Shown piece after piece: positions 17,754-27,368 of a stretch of DNA of 64,000 nt. The stretch's first letter is position 1; each line of letters begins with the position of its first letter. This DNA is from Alkalispirochaeta sp. (lineage in GTDB: Bacteria > Spirochaetota > Spirochaetia > DSM-27196 > Alkalispirochaetaceae), in the NCBI GenBank assembly GCA_965242725.1, contig CBDESZ010000025.1, positions 224,001 to 288,000 on the forward strand. Reading direction: 5' to 3'. A model generated the notes under the pieces. It did no database searches and was not told the origin of the DNA. It worked only from the letters and a program-made list of their open reading frames with translations. The position numbers and the translations under genes are program-made.

Positions 17754-20324
17754 TCATCGCTTTGACAGAACAAATTCCACCCGCCTGCTTTTCCATCGAT
17801 TTTCCACGTCGCCGTGGGGGACGACGGGCCTGGAACCACCGTATCCGCGTGTCGTCATTCGCGATCCTTCAATTCCCCGTTCCATGAGTGCATCCCTGAT
17901 TGCCTCGGCACGGGCGAAGGAAAGGGGAATGAGGACCTCCTCATGTTCCCGCCGTGCCCTGGCCGGCTGATCCCACAAAACCGAGACGGCGTGACCTTCC
18001 AGACTGATGGAGTACTCGGGGAATCGTTCAAGCGTCTTGGCGAGTCTATCGAGGGTTTCAAGGTTTTCACGCGCGTTTTCAGGCGGGACGCCGAAACGGT
18101 AATCCGCGGAGTACGGGGCAAATACGATGCTGGACAGGACAATCCGCAGACGATCGCCCTCCCGTATGACCAGAATGTCGCTGAGCGCCTCGTCCTCGGC
18201 GTGCCCCATGTTACCCACAACGTCCCGGACTTCCGCGGTTATTCGATATGAAGCGGCGGACTGGACCAGTTCCCCCGTCTCGGAGCGACCGTCCCACTGT
18301 ATCGTTGCGGGAGGGGTGCCGTTACCGGAAAAGCGTCGGAACTGGAGGTTCCCCGGGTCAAAAATGGTGATGACCCATCCTTCCAGGGGCGCCCTGTCCC
18401 GGGCGGAGAGGGAGATGTTCAGCAGATCGCCACGGGCGTCCGCATCGGGTGAAAATGGTTTCGGCGCGCTGGTCATGGTGAGTGCCGGCGGTGTCGTATC
18501 AATGAAAAACGGTTCCGACTGGTCCGCGGAGATATTCCCTTTTGTCCACGCTGCGTCGAGACGGAACGAATAGATGCCGTCAGGAAGCAGCCTGCCGTCG
18601 AGGCGGCCGTCCCATTCCATCGTCGACGGAAGAGTTGTGTCCGATGCGATGATTCCCAGGTCCGAACCTTCCTCGGAGACGACGGTGATGCGCCACGACT
18701 CCAGTCCCTGGGGCAGGCCGAAATCGGTGCGAATCGGTAACGTGTCAAATCGACCGTCTCCGTTGGGAGAGAAGCGGCGATATCCAGGGGCGACCCCCAC
18801 CGGCGTCGGCCTCCGGTCCATACGGATGCGGGTTACCCTGTTGGTGACTGTGTTTCCAGCCGGGTCCGTCCCGGCGAGTCTGTAGAGATAGATGCCGTCC
18901 GGGGCAGGTTCTCCCCGACTGCTCATACCGTCCCACGCGATATCTTCCGGGGTGCCGTTCCATGTATAGGACGCTACGACACTATCGGCCGTAAATGAAG
19001 AATTTTCTTCCGCCGCCTCGTCTGGCTGGACAAGAACCATCTCACCGTGCCACTGCAGTTCTTCGTCCACAATGTGATTGATCGGGAGCGTGTCCCGTCT
19101 TCCGTCTCCGTCGGGAGAAAAAAGGTAAAACGGTGCGTTGACTGCTGCGTAGGGTGGTACCGTGTCGATCTCAAAGGGTGCGGATGCGACTGTGTTGGTC
19201 CGGCCTCCGGTGTGTCGGGTTGTGAGAAGGGCACGGTAGATACCGTCCGGGGCGATGTGTCCCGCGTCGTCGGTCCCGTCATAGACGGCGATGGGGAGTG
19301 CGTCGACGACGCGCACTCCCGATGAAGCGACCGTGATCGTGCGGAGGGGCAGCCCGAATCGATCGACAATTGAGATTTCCCACCCTTCCAAATCCCGTTG
19401 GTCCACCGATCGCTGTGGTCTGGCCGTGAGCGTGACGGTATCTGCCGTGCCGTCACCGTTGGGAGAAAATGCGTCCCGCGAAACGTCTATGGCGACAGAA
19501 TGGGCTTCCGGCAGAAGCAGAATGTCGTCAAGTTCGAAACGAGCGGAGTTCCCGGCGCGATCCGTTGCGGACAGTTCATACCGATAGTAGCCCGGTGCGG
19601 CGGCATCTCCCGACTCCGTTTTGCCTTCCCATACAAGGGTGGGCGTATTTCCCTGCCACGTCCATTCCCGTACCGTCTCCGCGGGGGAGGCGGAGCCACC
19701 TTCCCATGGACGTACCATGGCAAGGGTTCCCACCCAGCGGTCTTCCCATGTGCTGTCTTCCTGGAGAATCTGAATGTCGTCGAGGCGCCCGTCGCCATTG
19801 GGGGTGAACTGCATATACGCCGAGGAAAGCGTGACCGACGGCGCGGTATTGTCGACGATAATGGCGACATCGGCGGCCGTACCGGTGTTACCTTTGTTGT
19901 CCGTTACCGTTATCGACAATCCGTAGGCTCCGTCGGGTACCCACGCCCCGGCGTCGTCCCTGCCGTCCCAGAGGACAATCTCCGGAACCGTTACCGGCCG
20001 GCGACGTTCCTTCCGTGACCACCAGCGACCGGGGGGGACGGACTCTTCGATATTTCTGACCCGCATACCCGATTCGTCATAAATTTCAATATTGAATGCT
20101 TTGAGAACGGTCCGCTCCAGGGGGACTACGTCGGTCGGAACGGATATGTCATCCTGTACACCGTCCTGGTTCTGCGGAGAAATATAGAAGAGTTCGTTCT
20201 CGTCAAAGGCGACGGGAATAGTGCCCGTTGTTGTGCAGCCGACAAGGAGCGATACCGAAACAATTACGGTCACCAACGACAACCCGGACGTTGTACGGCC
20301 ACGGGAAAAAGTATCGAGTTTCAT
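17754..20324 (-). CDS. Lipoprotein with about 6 FlgD-Ig/CHU_C-like repeats and C-terminal OmpA-like peptidoglycan-binding domain
   Basis: Lipobox LLVGC; repeated F(S/T)P(N/D)GDG..D and WDG....G....DG.Y units; LEGHA...LSFARAEAIR...GYGGSRP...SRRVEFVL. Confidence 0.85.
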   Translation of the reverse strand: MKLDTFSRGRTTSGLSLVTVIVSVSLLVGCTTTGTIPVAFDENELFYISPQNQDGVQDDISVPTDVVPLERTVLKAFNIEIYDESGMRVRNIEESVPPGRWWSRKERRRPVTVPEIVLWDGRDDAGAWVPDGAYGLSITVTDNKGNTGTAADVAIIVDNTAPSVTLSSAYMQFTPNGDGRLDDIQILQEDSTWEDRWVGTLAMVRPWEGGSASPAETVREWTWQGNTPTLVWEGKTESGDAAAPGYYRYELSATDRAGNSARFELDDILLLPEAHSVAIDVSRDAFSPNGDGTADTVTLTARPQRSVDQRDLEGWEISIVDRFGLPLRTITVASSGVRVVDALPIAVYDGTDDAGHIAPDGIYRALLTTRHTGGRTNTVASAPFEIDTVPPYAAVNAPFYLFSPDGDGRRDTLPINHIVDEELQWHGEMVLVQPDEAAEENSSFTADSVVASYTWNGTPEDIAWDGMSSRGEPAPDGIYLYRLAGTDPAGNTVTNRVTRIRMDRRPTPVGVAPGYRRFSPNGDGRFDTLPIRTDFGLPQGLESWRITVVSEEGSDLGIIASDTTLPSTMEWDGRLDGRLLPDGIYSFRLDAAWTKGNISADQSEPFFIDTTPPALTMTSAPKPFSPDADARGDLLNISLSARDRAPLEGWVITIFDPGNLQFRRFSGNGTPPATIQWDGRSETGELVQSAASYRITAEVRDVVGNMGHAEDEALSDILVIREGDRLRIVLSSIVFAPYSADYRFGVPPENARENLETLDRLAKTLERFPEYSISLEGHAVSVLWDQPARARREHEEVLIPLSFARAEAIRDALMERGIEGSRMTTRGYGGSRPVVPHGDVENRWKSRRVEFVLSKR

Positions 20325-20362
20325 ATAGAGAAAACAACAGAATCGTCGGCGGGTAACGATTC

Positions 20363-20878
20363 TCAGAGAAGCTCTGATCGCACGGGGATACCCATCCGGA
20401 CGGCGACGCTTTTAATCGCCGCAACCTGATCGTTCAGTTGATCAAGCTCGACGATAATGTGGTACTGGCGATATTTCCAGATCGGTTTGATGAAGAGCCG
20501 CATCATTGCAGGGCCCCTTCGGCGAACACAGTCGGGATCGAGAAGTCGAAATCCGATCTGGGGGCGGGCGTGGAGAGCGTAAATGCGCAATTCTTCAATT
20601 TCGTCATATTGAATTATCCCCAGCGCCTGAGCGGGATCGATGAGGAGAAATCCGTCATCCCGTATATAGAGTATTGCGATGCGTCGCTGGCTGCGCAGAA
20701 AGGCATACCACGTCAGGACGGCGAAACCCACCGTGCCGGCCCAGGCGATGGCGTTGAATCCCGGTTTGTTCAGCAGGATGGAGAGGGATACAAACAGTGC
20801 AATAAACGACAGCATCGCAAGAAGACGATATCCCCGGGAATGTCCATAAATAACGGTGTCGGCTCCCATTCTTTCCAT
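20363..20878 (-). CDS. Hypothetical membrane protein (2 TM segments + soluble C-terminal domain)
   Basis: Two hydrophobic helices then a beta-rich domain; start chosen (MERMG) to avoid overlap with mltG. Confidence 0.6.
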   Translation of the reverse strand: MERMGADTVIYGHSRGYRLLAMLSFIALFVSLSILLNKPGFNAIAWAGTVGFAVLTWYAFLRSQRRIAILYIRDDGFLLIDPAQALGIIQYDEIEELRIYALHARPQIGFRLLDPDCVRRRGPAMMRLFIKPIWKYRQYHIIVELDQLNDQVAAIKSVAVRMGIPVRSELL

Positions 20879-20915
20879 AAGATACCCTTCCGCTGATCTT
20901 GTCGCAACGACCCAC

Positions 20916-21983
20916 ATGGCGTACCCTTCTGGTCCGATGAAACGGGCAGGTTTGGTAATCCTCGGTGTATTGATGGTACTCATGGTCGTCGCAGGGGGTA
21001 CGGCGTGGTATTTTTATGATCAGTTGACGAGCCCCTACCATCGGTCCCCGCTGTTTGCATCATTGCCCGAAGGCGGGTCTCCGGAAGTCCTTTTCGAAAT
21101 TGAACCGGGAAACGGATTACGACTTATCACCCGGCGTCTCCATGCGGAAGGTCTCATAGTCAACCCCGGGGCACTTGAAATCTACGGTCGCTGGATGGGG
21201 TACGCAGCCGCTCTTCAGGCGGGGCGCTACGTCCTCTCTCCCGATATGAGTCCGGTCGAAATGGTTGCGAAGATCGTCTCGGGCGATGCGGTTTTCGATG
21301 AAATAACGGTGACGATACCGGAGGGGTGGAGCGCCTACGACATTGAGGCGTACATGGACGAGCGGGGGCTCTTCTCCCGCGACCGTTTTCAGCGGGCCAT
21401 TGTCATGCAGCCGGCGTACCGGGATATCGGGGTTCTCCAGGACCTTGAAGACAATACGATTCTAGACGGCTATCTCTTTCCCGATACATATCGCATCTTT
21501 GCGGACAGTACCCCCGAAGGAATCGTGAGACGGATGCTCACCAATTTTGAAGATCGCGTCGCCGGGGAACTCTCGGTAATGGCGGAACGGGAGCGGACGA
21601 TTCATGAGGTACTCACACTTGCATCGATCGTCCAGCATGAATCCGCGGATGATGAGGAGATGCCCGCCGTTGCCGGAGTCTTCTGGAACCGGCTCCGCAT
21701 CGGAATGCGCCTTGAGTCGGACGCGACGGTCAACTACGTTCTCGGGACAAACAAGCTGCAACCTACCTTTGCGGATACCGAGGTTGATCATCCGTACAAT
21801 ACCTATGAAAACTACGGACTGCCCCCGGGACCGATCGGCAATCCCGGTATGGCCGCAATTCAAGCCGCCCTCTACCCGGCGCGGCACGACTATCTCTTTT
21901 TTCTGCACAAACCGGATCGGGAGATCGTCCTCTCTTCCACATTCGAGGAGCACCTCGCGGCGAAGGCGCGCTATCTCGATTAG
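20916..21983 (+). CDS. mltG: Endolytic transglycosylase MltG (YceG)
   Basis: N-terminal TM, LQAGRY, VTIPEG, LDGYLFPDTY, LASIVQHE, VFWNRL..GMRLESDAT, PYNTY..YGLPPGPIGNPG; start could be 20937. Confidence 0.93.
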   Translation: MAYPSGPMKRAGLVILGVLMVLMVVAGGTAWYFYDQLTSPYHRSPLFASLPEGGSPEVLFEIEPGNGLRLITRRLHAEGLIVNPGALEIYGRWMGYAAALQAGRYVLSPDMSPVEMVAKIVSGDAVFDEITVTIPEGWSAYDIEAYMDERGLFSRDRFQRAIVMQPAYRDIGVLQDLEDNTILDGYLFPDTYRIFADSTPEGIVRRMLTNFEDRVAGELSVMAERERTIHEVLTLASIVQHESADDEEMPAVAGVFWNRLRIGMRLESDATVNYVLGTNKLQPTFADTEVDHPYNTYENYGLPPGPIGNPGMAAIQAALYPARHDYLFFLHKPDREIVLSSTFEEHLAAKARYLD

Positions 21984-23098
21984 TCTTCTTGAGTGAGAAA
22001 CTGAACGCCGATCGGGTCGTGAAAGTTCCGCCACCCCCGGGGACCCCTGTCGAGCTCCGTTCGGCTCAGGAGGCAGCTGCGGATATTGCGCAGTTCCCGC
22101 TCCACCGCGTCAGGTGCCCCGATAACGGCGATACTCTGACGACGATCGCCGTACGGTTGCGAGGCGAGGGACTCCCGGATTTCATCATCCTCCGGGACCT
22201 CTTCCGCCGGCATCGCAGCGTACCACGTACCTTCCATCCCCACCTCCCGTTGCCGGGGTGCAGCGTCTATGACGTATACATGATCCATGTCCGTCGCGAG
22301 CCAGGCAAAGCCCTTGACCCTGATTATGCCCGGCCAGTCGGTATTGAGCCAGCGATCGAGTCGTTCCGGATGGAACGGTCGGCTCTCAGCCATGAATCGC
22401 GCGACGAGGGGATAAAAGTTGGGATTGCTCGGCGTTGTCCGTGCAGTCGTTCCCGCGGTACTCGCGGCCAGTTCTTCCCGCCTGCCGGTGAAGATGATCT
22501 CCTCCACGGGAAGGCGGCCGAACTCGGCGGTTCCGACGTGGGCGACCGGGTTTATCCTGCGTATCAAGCGACGGGCGGCGAGGCGTTCAAAGAAGCCGGC
22601 TCGGTCATACTTGTTCAACACGATCAAGTCGGCGGCAGCGATCTGGTCGGCGAGGACGGGCTGCAGCTGCGGATCTTTCCAGTATACCGTCAGCGTTCCG
22701 GTATCCACGACGGTGATGACCGTATCGATATAGGCCGTGCCGGCGAGAACCTTGTTCCGTTTCAGCTGGTGGTTGAGGTCGAGGGCGGGAGAGCTTCCCG
22801 ACGTCTCTATGACGATCACGTCCGGCGGCGTGGAGCCGGAGGCAAGATCGATGACCGTCTCTTCAAGGTCCTTCCGCTTTCCCGCGCCGATACGGCCGCC
22901 GGTAATGCTGCGAATGACGTCATCGTCGCCTCTGACAATATGTTCGCCGCCCCGGAGAAAGGCAGTGTCTATGCTTTCCGACGCCAGTTCATTGATGACG
23001 ACTGCAATGCGCCGGTCGTCGCCGGAATCAAGAAGGTGTGCAATAAGTGAGGTCTTCCCGGAGCCCAGGAATCCAGTTACAACGGTAATGGGAATCAT
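21980..23098 (-). CDS. COG0523 (CobW/YciC-like) G3E GTPase with CobW_C domain, CxCC motif absent
   Basis: IPITVVTGFLGSGKT, VIETSG, QIAAADLIVLNKYD, RPFHPERL, IRVKGFAWLAT, YGDRRQ. Confidence 0.9.
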   Translation of the reverse strand: MIPITVVTGFLGSGKTSLIAHLLDSGDDRRIAVVINELASESIDTAFLRGGEHIVRGDDDVIRSITGGRIGAGKRKDLEETVIDLASGSTPPDVIVIETSGSSPALDLNHQLKRNKVLAGTAYIDTVITVVDTGTLTVYWKDPQLQPVLADQIAAADLIVLNKYDRAGFFERLAARRLIRRINPVAHVGTAEFGRLPVEEIIFTGRREELAASTAGTTARTTPSNPNFYPLVARFMAESRPFHPERLDRWLNTDWPGIIRVKGFAWLATDMDHVYVIDAAPRQREVGMEGTWYAAMPAEEVPEDDEIRESLASQPYGDRRQSIAVIGAPDAVERELRNIRSCLLSRTELDRGPRGWRNFHDPIGVQFLTQED

Positions 23099-23179
23099 CG
23101 AGGATGAAGCTATCAGAAAAACGTCGAGGCGTGTACCATCTTTTTCAGGAATAATCTGCAAAGACGATGAGGAGTAGGA

Positions 23180-24136
23180 ATGGCTGAAGCAATTGGAACG
23201 ACGGTTGTCGTCGGCGCGGGAGCATTGGGTTCCATGTATGCGGAACGTATTCAGAATGCGGGTCTGGATGTCATGTTTTTTGCGGAGGGAGAACGTCGGG
23301 AACGTCTTCGCCGGGACGGGGTGACGGTAAACGGGACGTCCCTGTCCATACCTGTTCGCAGTCGAAACGAAATGACCGGGGCGCCGGACAGGGTGATCGT
23401 CGCACTCAAGGAGCAGCACCTCTCCCGCTTCGCACCGCTTTTACCCGAGATTTGCGGACCCCACACGACCGTCCTGTCGGTGATGAACGGCATAGACAGT
23501 GAGTCGGTCCTTGCGGCGGCGCTGGGAGAGAACGTGGAGGACGACACCGGACGCGTCCTGTACTGCATGGTGGCGGGAATGGACGCCGTGCGCAGCGGCG
23601 ACTCGATCGTCTACACCAGGATCGGCACCGTATACTTCGGACGGAAAAGAAACGATCCCGCACGGCTCGACAGCCGAACCGCCCGTATGAAGAAGTTCTT
23701 CGATCATGCGGGAATCCCCTCGGTGGTTGCGCCGGACATGGAAAAGGCCGTCTGGAATAAGTTCATGCTCAATGTCGGTATCAACCAATGGTCTGCGGTG
23801 CTCGGCGCTCCCTACGGCGTTTTCCACAATAATCAGGCGGCCCAACGGCTCATGAGAAGCGCAATGGCGGAGGTACTGGAGGTTGCACAGCGGCGGGGAA
23901 TCGATCTCACCGACAGTGACATGGAGAACTGGTTTTCCGTTGTGCGTACCCTCTCCCCCGAAGGCAAGACGTCGATGCTGCAGGATATCGAAGCCGGTCG
24001 GAAGACTGAAGTGGAGATGTTTGCCGGCCGGGTCGTCGCCCTGGGCCGGGAACTGGGTGTTTCCGTCCCGATAAACGGCGCCCTTCAGGATCTCATTCAT
24101 GTACGGGAGGAGATGGCCCGCTCGGGGGACACATAG
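23180..24136 (+). CDS. panE: 2-dehydropantoate 2-reductase (ketopantoate reductase family)
   Basis: VVGAGALG, VMNGIDSE, WNKFMLNVGIN, KTSMLQDIEAGRKTEVE; GAGGAG SD. Confidence 0.88.
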   Translation: MAEAIGTTVVVGAGALGSMYAERIQNAGLDVMFFAEGERRERLRRDGVTVNGTSLSIPVRSRNEMTGAPDRVIVALKEQHLSRFAPLLPEICGPHTTVLSVMNGIDSESVLAAALGENVEDDTGRVLYCMVAGMDAVRSGDSIVYTRIGTVYFGRKRNDPARLDSRTARMKKFFDHAGIPSVVAPDMEKAVWNKFMLNVGINQWSAVLGAPYGVFHNNQAAQRLMRSAMAEVLEVAQRRGIDLTDSDMENWFSVVRTLSPEGKTSMLQDIEAGRKTEVEMFAGRVVALGRELGVSVPINGALQDLIHVREEMARSGDT

Positions 24137-24228
24137 ACTGTTGACCGGGACGGCGCTGTGCACACGCCGACGGAGAATAAATCTCCCGTCGGCGTTTACA
24201 AAGGGCCGTCCCTCTTGCATCATAGCGC

Positions 24229-25725
24229 ATGGATCAAAACGCGCGCTTCAGAAATCTTTCGCCCCTGGATCACCGCTACTATCTCTCAAACGAGACGCTG
24301 TTCAATGAGCTGGCAGATTATTTGAGCGAAGAAGCTGCCGTCGGACAGTGTGTCCTGGTGGAATCGGTGCTTCTGGAACATTTGATTCGCCATCTTCTTC
24401 CCGACAGTTCAAGCACGGAATCCTTTATCGCGGCGGCTCGGGCCCTGCCGGAGAATGTTTCCGCCGCAGAGGTGTATTCGGAAGAGGAAACGACGAAACA
24501 CAACATTCGGGCGGTGGTAAACGTCATTCAGCGCCACCTTCCGCCCGGGGTGAGGCACCTTGTCCATCTCGGCGCAACGTCCGTGGACATTCTTGATACC
24601 GCGGCTGCCCTGCGCTATCGGGACGTGACAAACAAGGTGGTCCTGCCCCTCCTCCTCCGTCTGCAGGAGGAGCTCATCTCCCTGGCGGAGAGGGAGGCCG
24701 AAACCGTTTCCATCGGTCGGACCCACGGACAATTTGCGGTGCCCATTACCGTCGGATTTGCCTTTGCCGAATACGTCTCGCGACTGGGATCCTCGATCGG
24801 GGAGATACACCGGAGGGCGGGAGGACTGAAGGGGAAGCTCGCAGGCGCGGTAGGCGCCTACAACGCCACAAGCGTTATTCACCCCGATCCGGAGGAGCTG
24901 GAGCGTCTGGTCCTGGCGGACCTCGGTCTTGAGGCGGGGGAGCACGCGACGCAGATCGTCAGCCCGGAGCCGCTGCTGCGCCTTCTCCTTGAGATGAATA
25001 CCGCCTTCGGTGTCATTGCAAACCTCGCCGACGACCTGCGCCACTTGCAGCGGTCGGAAATAGGTGAGTTTTCGGAGTATTTTGCCGCCGGTCAGGTCGG
25101 TTCCTCGACAATGCCCCATAAACGAAATCCCTGGAATGCGGAGCACGTCAAGAGTCTCTGGAAAGCGTTCAGCCCCCGGGCGATGACGTGGTTCATGGAT
25201 CAGATATCGGAGCATCAGCGGGATCTCAGTAATTCCGCATCGGGACGATTTGTCGTGGAGTTCATAGCGGGGTTCGTTGCCGCAGCGGAACGGATGCGGC
25301 AGATTCTCGCCCGCCTGCGTGTAGACCGGGAGGGTATTCAGCGGAACCTGTACCTTGGATCCCGTCGCGTGTCGGCGGAACCTCTCTACATCCTTCTTGC
25401 CGCCGCCGGATACGGGGACGCCCATGAACGGATACGCCGGTTGACCCTCGATGCCGACGAAGCGGGCGAAACGGTGGTGGACGCCGCAAAACGGGATCAG
25501 GAAATCTGGCGCGCCGTTCTCGATACCTATCATCATCTCACCGGCGGCGACGGCGAGTCCTTTCTTCGTGATCCCGCCAGGTACACCGGCCGGGCGGCGG
25601 AACGGGCGCGTGTAATCGCTGCAACGCATCGTGATACGGTGAAAACGATGAAAAAGAAACTGGGGCTCCCGAAGAAGAGCTCCGAAGGGGCCGACGGGAA
25701 GACGGGAAGGGGAGGTACACGATGA
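24229..25725 (+). CDS. purB: Adenylosuccinate lyase
   Basis: LSPLDHRY, VHLGATSVDI, GRTHGQFA, GSSTMPHKRNP, SEHQRDLSNSAS; upstream of purD. Confidence 0.93.
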   Translation: MDQNARFRNLSPLDHRYYLSNETLFNELADYLSEEAAVGQCVLVESVLLEHLIRHLLPDSSSTESFIAAARALPENVSAAEVYSEEETTKHNIRAVVNVIQRHLPPGVRHLVHLGATSVDILDTAAALRYRDVTNKVVLPLLLRLQEELISLAEREAETVSIGRTHGQFAVPITVGFAFAEYVSRLGSSIGEIHRRAGGLKGKLAGAVGAYNATSVIHPDPEELERLVLADLGLEAGEHATQIVSPEPLLRLLLEMNTAFGVIANLADDLRHLQRSEIGEFSEYFAAGQVGSSTMPHKRNPWNAEHVKSLWKAFSPRAMTWFMDQISEHQRDLSNSASGRFVVEFIAGFVAAAERMRQILARLRVDREGIQRNLYLGSRRVSAEPLYILLAAAGYGDAHERIRRLTLDADEAGETVVDAAKRDQEIWRAVLDTYHHLTGGDGESFLRDPARYTGRAAERARVIAATHRDTVKTMKKKLGLPKKSSEGADGKTGRGGTR

Positions 25726-27368
25726 TCGTTCTTATTGTCGGATCCGGCGGAAGGGAGCATGCCCTGGCGTGGCGTATCGCCCAAAGCGACGGCGTCGATC
25801 GTGTGCTTGTAAGTCCGGGAAATCCGGGAATCGCCGGTGAGGAAAAGGTCGAGTCCGTAACGCTCTCCGGCGCCGAAGAGATCCTTCATGCCGGTGTCGA
25901 TCTGGTCGTGATCGGTCCCGAGGAACCTCTCGTAAAGGGGCTGGCAGATCAGTTGCGGGATGCGGGGCTTCCCGTGGTGGGGCCTTCCGGCGAGGCGGCG
26001 CGTCTGGAAGGGAGTAAAGCCTTCGCCAAGGATTTTATGGCTGCCTGCGGCGTGCCGACCGCAGAGTACCGAGTTTGCTCCACCCTTGCGGAAGCCCATG
26101 ACGCCATCGATGAACTTGGCGCACCGGTGGTTGTGAAAGCCGACGGTCTGGCGGCAGGGAAGGGCGTCATCGTCTGTGATTCGCTCCGGGAAGCCCATGC
26201 GGCGGCGGATACGATCATGCGGGATCGCCTCTTTGGAGAAGCAGGCGATTCGGTTGTGGTGGAGCGCTGTCTCAAGGGATTTGAAGCGTCAATAATCGTC
26301 CTCCTCGATGAATCGGGCTATCTCATTCTGCCGACCTCCCAGGACCACAAAGCTATCGGAGAAGGCAATACCGGTCCGAACACCGGCGGTATGGGGGTGG
26401 TTGCACCAAATCCCCTCATAGACGCCTCACTGCTTGCAAAGATCGAGAAGCTGATCGTGAGCCCGTCGGTCGATGCGATTCGGCAGCGGGGCTGGATCTT
26501 CCGGGGGGCCCTCTTTATCGGACTCATGATCGACGAATCCGGTCCCAAGGCGCTTGAATACAATGTGCGTTTCGGTGATCCCGAGACACAGTCAATTCTC
26601 CCTCTCATCGGGGGTGATTTTGCCGTTCTTCTCCGGGGCCTCGCGGCGGGAGCTCTGAGCGATGCCGCCGAAGAGGCCGGTTTCAGTGTCCGTCCCCAGG
26701 CGGCGTGCACCGTCGTTGCCGCCTCTCCCGGATATCCGGGACCGTATACACGGAAACTGCCGATTCATGTCGGCGACGTCGGTGAGGCCCACGTCTTTTA
26801 TGCCGGAGTCCAGTCCGGTCGGGACGAAAAGCTCGAAACATCGGGCGGGCGGGTTCTTGCTGTTACCGCCGCGGCTTCGACGCTGGAAGACGCGCGGCGG
26901 GACGCGTACGCGGGGCTCCTGTCCGTCCGCTTTGACGGCATGCAGTTCCGGAGAGACATCGGCGGACCGTCGATTATCGATGAAATCGTTGAAGAGGGAT
27001 CACGATCACTTCTTCAATTTGATAAACGTGGCGGCGTCCTGCCGGTTGTTGTGCAGGAAGCGACGACCGGTGAGGTCCTCATGGTTGCATATACCAACCG
27101 GGAAGCCTACGAGGAGACGCGCCGGAGCGGATACGCCTGCTTCTGGAGTACCAGCCGGAACGCCCTCTGGAAAAAGGGAGAAAGCAGCGGCGACTACCTG
27201 GCGATACAGGAGATCCGCGTCGATTGTGATCAGGACGCCCTTCTGTATCGGGTGAAGTTACTGGGAGACGGTGTATGTCATACCGTTGAAAAGACGGGCA
27301 AACACCGAAAGCGGTGCTTTTACCGTACCGTTGATGACGGCGGATCACTGCGCTTTGATCACCCGTGA
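25722..27368 (+). CDS. purD: Phosphoribosylamine-glycine ligase fused in frame to phosphoribosyl-AMP cyclohydrolase (PurD-HisI)
   Basis: PurD: GSGGREHALAW, LEGSKAFAK, KADGLAAGKGV, GPNTGGMG, EYNVRFGDPETQ, FRRDIG. Then HisI: FDKRGGVLPVVVQ, FWSTSR..LWKKGESSG, VDCDQDALL, CHT, CFYR. Confidence 0.92.
   Translation: MIVLIVGSGGREHALAWRIAQSDGVDRVLVSPGNPGIAGEEKVESVTLSGAEEILHAGVDLVVIGPEEPLVKGLADQLRDAGLPVVGPSGEAARLEGSKAFAKDFMAACGVPTAEYRVCSTLAEAHDAIDELGAPVVVKADGLAAGKGVIVCDSLREAHAAADTIMRDRLFGEAGDSVVVERCLKGFEASIIVLLDESGYLILPTSQDHKAIGEGNTGPNTGGMGVVAPNPLIDASLLAKIEKLIVSPSVDAIRQRGWIFRGALFIGLMIDESGPKALEYNVRFGDPETQSILPLIGGDFAVLLRGLAAGALSDAAEEAGFSVRPQAACTVVAASPGYPGPYTRKLPIHVGDVGEAHVFYAGVQSGRDEKLETSGGRVLAVTAAASTLEDARRDAYAGLLSVRFDGMQFRRDIGGPSIIDEIVEEGSRSLLQFDKRGGVLPVVVQEATTGEVLMVAYTNREAYEETRRSGYACFWSTSRNALWKKGESSGDYLAIQEIRVDCDQDALLYRVKLLGDGVCHTVEKTGKHRKRCFYRTVDDGGSLRFDHP

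Noticed and set aside
20879..20983. Apparent head-to-head overlap of mltG and the upstream membrane gene
   Set aside because: It disappears when the downstream ATGs (20878 and 20916/20937) are used.
21989..23050. 353-aa + strand ORF, and similar long antisense ORFs at 24409-25629, 32329-33690, 40747-41838, 42714-43691, 51468-52610 and 62133-63239
   Set aside because: They mirror well-conserved genes on the opposite strand and show no recognisable motifs; shadow ORFs are expected with GC-rich codon usage.
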